Positions 41,265 to 44,694 of a stretch of 44,694 nt of DNA are shown piece after piece; position 1 is the first letter of the stretch; each line of letters opens with the position of its first letter. Origin of the DNA: a bacterium (GTDB taxonomy: Bacteria > Bdellovibrionota > UBA2428); assembly GCA_037137635.1 (NCBI GenBank), contig JBAXJW010000001.1, positions 1 to 44,694 of the forward strand, in the 5' to 3' direction. The notes under the pieces are model-generated. The model did not search any database and was not told the origin of the DNA. It saw only the letters and a list, made by a program, of their open reading frames with translations. The position numbers and the translations under genes are program-made.

Positions 41265-42442
41265 TTTTTAGATTCTCTTTATCTCATTCTTTGAGAGTCC
41301 TATTGGCGCTTGTTTTTTTGAATCCATTATTCATTATTTCAAAAGTTACGCCTATTTTGAAGGCCATTCCGGTGAAGATGGATCCTCAGCAGATAAGGAA
41401 TTTAAAAGTTGCTCCGCAAACCGAATGGTCTACTTGTGCGCGTGGCTTTGTCCCCTCTCTTTTGCCTTATAAAAAAGCAAGAATAGATGTTTTTATTTTG
41501 AGAGATGAAGGGCGGCGTTATTTTTCAGCCCTCAAAAACTTTGATCAAGAGTTTTTGGTTCTCTCTATTGATGGAGTCGTGAGATCAGCCGGACTTGTTT
41601 CTTCTGGAACACACACAACGGATGGCAAGGGAGGGATTACTCCTGCCGGGCGTTTTTATGTTTTTGCTTTAGATAGAGATCATCGACAGATGGTTGAAGA
41701 CGAAGAAACTCACGAAATTGTTCCTCGTTCATGGATGCCCTATGACATCATGCTTACTTCTCGAAGGCCTACTTATTCCAATGAGAGAAAAAGAAAAAAC
41801 CTAAACCAAATGCCCGTTCTGGCGGAATATTCAAGAAGAAACTTTCATGGGACCGATGGATACGGATACGACTATTTTGGACAGCCTGCATCTCATGGAT
41901 GCATCAGAAATTTTACCTCTCAAGACGTAACTGTTCCTTATACAAACGCTGAAGGAAAAGTTTTGGTTGATGAGCCTAGAAGGCTTCAGCGTTGGGGGCT
42001 TCATCGAATCAATTGGAAATATTTAAATCCTTATGGATGGGACAAGGTTGATCTCATTCCCAATCGTCCACAGAATCGTTTCTTAAAGGGACGGTCCTGG
42101 GAAAATAATTGGTTTGAAGATTATCCAAATGAACAAGGAAATTTAAATTTAGTAAACGGCACAGCCATCGGATTAGAGGAAATGTCTCAAAAAGTTCGAA
42201 TTGAATTTCATGATTATGAAAGCATCGCTCAACGAACAAACCGAAAAGAGCTTCTTGAAAAACTTTATCGTCCAATCACAGAGCTTTTAAAGGAATTCCC
42301 CTATGCTGATTTTGGAGATAAAGAGTTTTTACAGAAAATAAAGTTTGCTCAACTTTATAATTATCCATTGAATCCAAAGCTTTTAGCTGAAATAGAAAAT
42401 TTAGAACAAAGCGTTCCGCGGACCATCCCCATCACTCAATAA
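41255..42442 (+). CDS. L,D-transpeptidase (YkuD) domain protein
   Basis: 395 aa with a GTG start and an N-terminal hydrophobic anchor/signal. The catalytic motif is FHGTDGYGYDYFGQPASHGCIRN (His ... SxGCxR). A ~170 aa C-terminal region is unassigned. Confidence 0.78.
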   Translation: MGVVFRFSLSHSLRVLLALVFLNPLFIISKVTPILKAIPVKMDPQQIRNLKVAPQTEWSTCARGFVPSLLPYKKARIDVFILRDEGRRYFSALKNFDQEFLVLSIDGVVRSAGLVSSGTHTTDGKGGITPAGRFYVFALDRDHRQMVEDEETHEIVPRSWMPYDIMLTSRRPTYSNERKRKNLNQMPVLAEYSRRNFHGTDGYGYDYFGQPASHGCIRNFTSQDVTVPYTNAEGKVLVDEPRRLQRWGLHRINWKYLNPYGWDKVDLIPNRPQNRFLKGRSWENNWFEDYPNEQGNLNLVNGTAIGLEEMSQKVRIEFHDYESIAQRTNRKELLEKLYRPITELLKEFPYADFGDKEFLQKIKFAQLYNYPLNPKLLAEIENLEQSVPRTIPITQ

Positions 42443-42447
42443 TTAAA

Positions 42448-44694
42448 TTAAGCGGTTACCTTGCTCCATCCACGACGTTCAAAATAAGTTTTAAGAGGCG
42501 CTGCTGTTGCAGATCCTTTTGTCTTGGGTAAGTCCATGGGTGGGCCTTGGAAAACAATCTGTCCACCTTCATTTCCTGGGCCGGGACCAATATCAATTAA
42601 CCAATCCGCAGAAGCGATTACATCAAGATTGTGCTCAATCACACAAACAGTATTTCCTTGATCGACAAGACGGTGAAGAAGCTCAAGAAGTTTTTTAATG
42701 TCTTGAAAGTGAAGGCCTGTTGTTGGCTCATCTAAAAAGTAAATTGTTTTCCCGCTAGAACGCTTTGAAAGTTCTCGAGCGAGTTTGATTCTTTGAGCTT
42801 CACCTCCCGAGAGAGTCGTGCTGGATTGTCCAAGCTGCAAATATCCAAGTCCTACATCGAGAAGAGTTTTAAGCTTTTGTTCTAAAACGGGTTGGTTTTT
42901 AAAATGCTCATAAGCATCTTCAATGGACATCTTGAGAACTTCAGAAATATTTTTTCCTTTAAAAAGAATTTCAATAATCTCTCTGCGATAGCGTCCTCCA
43001 CCACAGCTTTCACATTCCACGAAAACATCCGGCAAAAAATGCATTTCAATTCTTTTTTGACCCGCACCTTCGCAAGTCTCACATCGTCCACCTTTGGTAT
43101 TAAAAGAAAAGGTTCCCGCTGAGTATCCCCGAATTTGTGAATCGGGAAGTTGTGCATAAAGTGTGCGTAAGTGACTGAAAAGTCCGGTGTAAGTGGCGGG
43201 ATTACTTCGAGGTGTTCTGCCTATGGCTCTTTGATCTACGCGGATAGATTTTTGTAAGCTTTCCGTACCCTCAATTTTCTTATAGGGAAGAGCTTGTTTG
43301 GTTGTTGTTCCGTTGAGTTCTTTTGAAAGAGCAACCTCGAGAGTGTCTCGTGCGAGAGAAGATTTTCCGCTTCCACTGACTCCTGTGAAAACAACAAAAA
43401 GACCTAAGGGTATTTCAGCGCTTACGTTTTTTAGGTTATGGCCTGTGCAGCCAGTAATTTTAATAGATTTTGTTTCTTTTTTTCGAGGCTTTCTTTTTTC
43501 AAAGACAAGTTCTTTTCCTAAAAGAAAATCAGCCGTCAGAGAATTTTTAGATTTTTTGAGTTCCTTCGGAGACCCGGCCCAAATTAATTCTCCACCAAAA
43601 CGTCCAGCTCCTGGTCCAATATCTATCAAAAGATCTGAGGCGAGCATTGTTTCTTCATCATGCTCAACGATAACAACGGTGTTTCCCATGTCTCTGAGGC
43701 GTTTAATACTTTTGAGTAAACGCGCGTGGTCGGCAGGGTGCAAACCAATGCTTGGTTCATCTAAAATGTATAAAACACCACTGAGCTCTGATCCTAGCTG
43801 TGTTGCAAGTCTAAGCCTTTGAGCTTCTCCTCCGGAAACCGTACTCACTCTTCGATCAAGAGAAAGGTAAGAGACTCCTACGTTTTTCATGAACTCTAGT
43901 CGAGGTAAAATTTCTTCAAGAATTCTTTTTGTGACCAAATTTTTTTGATTCACATAGATTTTACTTAGCTCAATTTTAAGATCAGAAGCTGATAGATTCG
44001 CCCATTCCGCAATGTTTTTTCCTTGAAATAAAACCCAAAGAGCTTCTTGGCGTAGGCGAGTTCCTTTACACGAGGAACAAGCTTGAGCGACTTCCTCTTC
44101 GTTTATTTCTTCTCCGTCTTCATCGACAGCTTTTATTTTTTTCTTATCTTCGACAACAAGCCCCACACCCTTACAACTTTCACACATTCCGTAGGGAGAA
44201 TTAAAAGAAAAAAGTCTGGGTTCGAGATCCGGAAATGTTTTTTCAGAAGAAGAGGCCGCAATTTTTCTAGAAAAAAGCTTTTCGCTCTTATCAGCAAGAG
44301 AAATGATTTTTAGCCAACCTTCAGCAATTCGGTCGACGTGTTTGAATGCGGTGGCAATTCTTTTGGCGCTTTCTTCAGACCCAGCAACAATCGTATCCAC
44401 GAGAAGTTCAATATCGTGGCTTTGATAGCGAGAAAGGAGAATAGGATCAAAAAGATCGCGCATTTCTCCATCCACTCGAACCTTTGAAAAGCCTGTTCTT
44501 CGCCAGCCTTCAAATTCCCTAAGGAACTCTCCCTTTTTGCCACGAACAACGCTTGCGTAAATTTGGAACTTAGTTCCAGATGGAAGTGAGTCTATGTGTT
44601 GTTGTATGTCGTCATCTGTGTGTGGCTTGAGGGTTTCTCCCGTTGTGGGGTCTCGTACTTCTCCAACGCGCGCAAAAAGCAAACGAAGAAAATC
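42448..44694 (-). CDS. uvrA: excinuclease ABC subunit A (partial, N-terminus beyond window end)
   Basis: The open frame runs to the window edge. It has two ABC modules with LSGGEAQR signatures twice, and zinc-finger Cys clusters (CESCKGVG, CSSCKG, CETCEGAG, CESCGG). Confidence 0.95.
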   Translation of the reverse strand, partial: DFLRLLFARVGEVRDPTTGETLKPHTDDDIQQHIDSLPSGTKFQIYASVVRGKKGEFLREFEGWRRTGFSKVRVDGEMRDLFDPILLSRYQSHDIELLVDTIVAGSEESAKRIATAFKHVDRIAEGWLKIISLADKSEKLFSRKIAASSSEKTFPDLEPRLFSFNSPYGMCESCKGVGLVVEDKKKIKAVDEDGEEINEEEVAQACSSCKGTRLRQEALWVLFQGKNIAEWANLSASDLKIELSKIYVNQKNLVTKRILEEILPRLEFMKNVGVSYLSLDRRVSTVSGGEAQRLRLATQLGSELSGVLYILDEPSIGLHPADHARLLKSIKRLRDMGNTVVIVEHDEETMLASDLLIDIGPGAGRFGGELIWAGSPKELKKSKNSLTADFLLGKELVFEKRKPRKKETKSIKITGCTGHNLKNVSAEIPLGLFVVFTGVSGSGKSSLARDTLEVALSKELNGTTTKQALPYKKIEGTESLQKSIRVDQRAIGRTPRSNPATYTGLFSHLRTLYAQLPDSQIRGYSAGTFSFNTKGGRCETCEGAGQKRIEMHFLPDVFVECESCGGGRYRREIIEILFKGKNISEVLKMSIEDAYEHFKNQPVLEQKLKTLLDVGLGYLQLGQSSTTLSGGEAQRIKLARELSKRSSGKTIYFLDEPTTGLHFQDIKKLLELLHRLVDQGNTVCVIEHNLDVIASADWLIDIGPGPGNEGGQIVFQGPPMDLPKTKGSATAAPLKTYFERRGWSKVTA

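Overview
This 44.7 kb, low-GC (roughly 38-40% by eye), very gene-dense window is the chromosomal replication-origin region of a diderm bacterium. The gene content is lptB, rpoN, yidC, an F-type ATPase with b and b' subunits, and dnaA-dnaN-recF-gyrB-gyrA synteny. This resembles Bdellovibrionota/Oligoflexia-type genomes, but taxonomy cannot be established from the sequence alone.

Almost every gene left of about 27.55 kb is on the minus strand: murD, mraY, metK, hpf, rpoN, lptB, radA, atpF'FHAGDC, parB, parA, rsmG, mnmG, mnmE, jag, yidC, yidD, rnpA and rpmH. Every gene from 27.65 to 42.44 kb is on the plus strand: dnaA, dnaN, recF, gyrB, a class V aminotransferase, gyrA, hemL, atpI-like, atpB, atpE, psd and an L,D-transpeptidase. 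A partial uvrA lies on the minus strand at the right edge.

An oriC-like module sits between dnaA and dnaN, with six DnaA boxes and an AT-rich unwinding stretch. A second DnaA-box cluster sits between dnaN and recF. I found no rRNA, tRNA, CRISPR, transposase or integrase.

The least ordinary part is a three-gene block upstream of lptB-rpoN-hpf (7958-10417):
- a lysine-rich H1-like protein with a long acidic Trp-containing tail;
- a 393 aa protein carrying degenerate RelA/SpoT synthetase-domain motifs;
- a translationally coupled secreted protein in the position where lptA/lptC would be expected.

Other points worth a second look:
- DnaA lacks N-terminal domain I.
- The conserved N-terminus of mnmE lies upstream of any canonical start codon.
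- A near-consensus parS overlaps the mnmG/rsmG junction.
- The atp operon is split across the origin.
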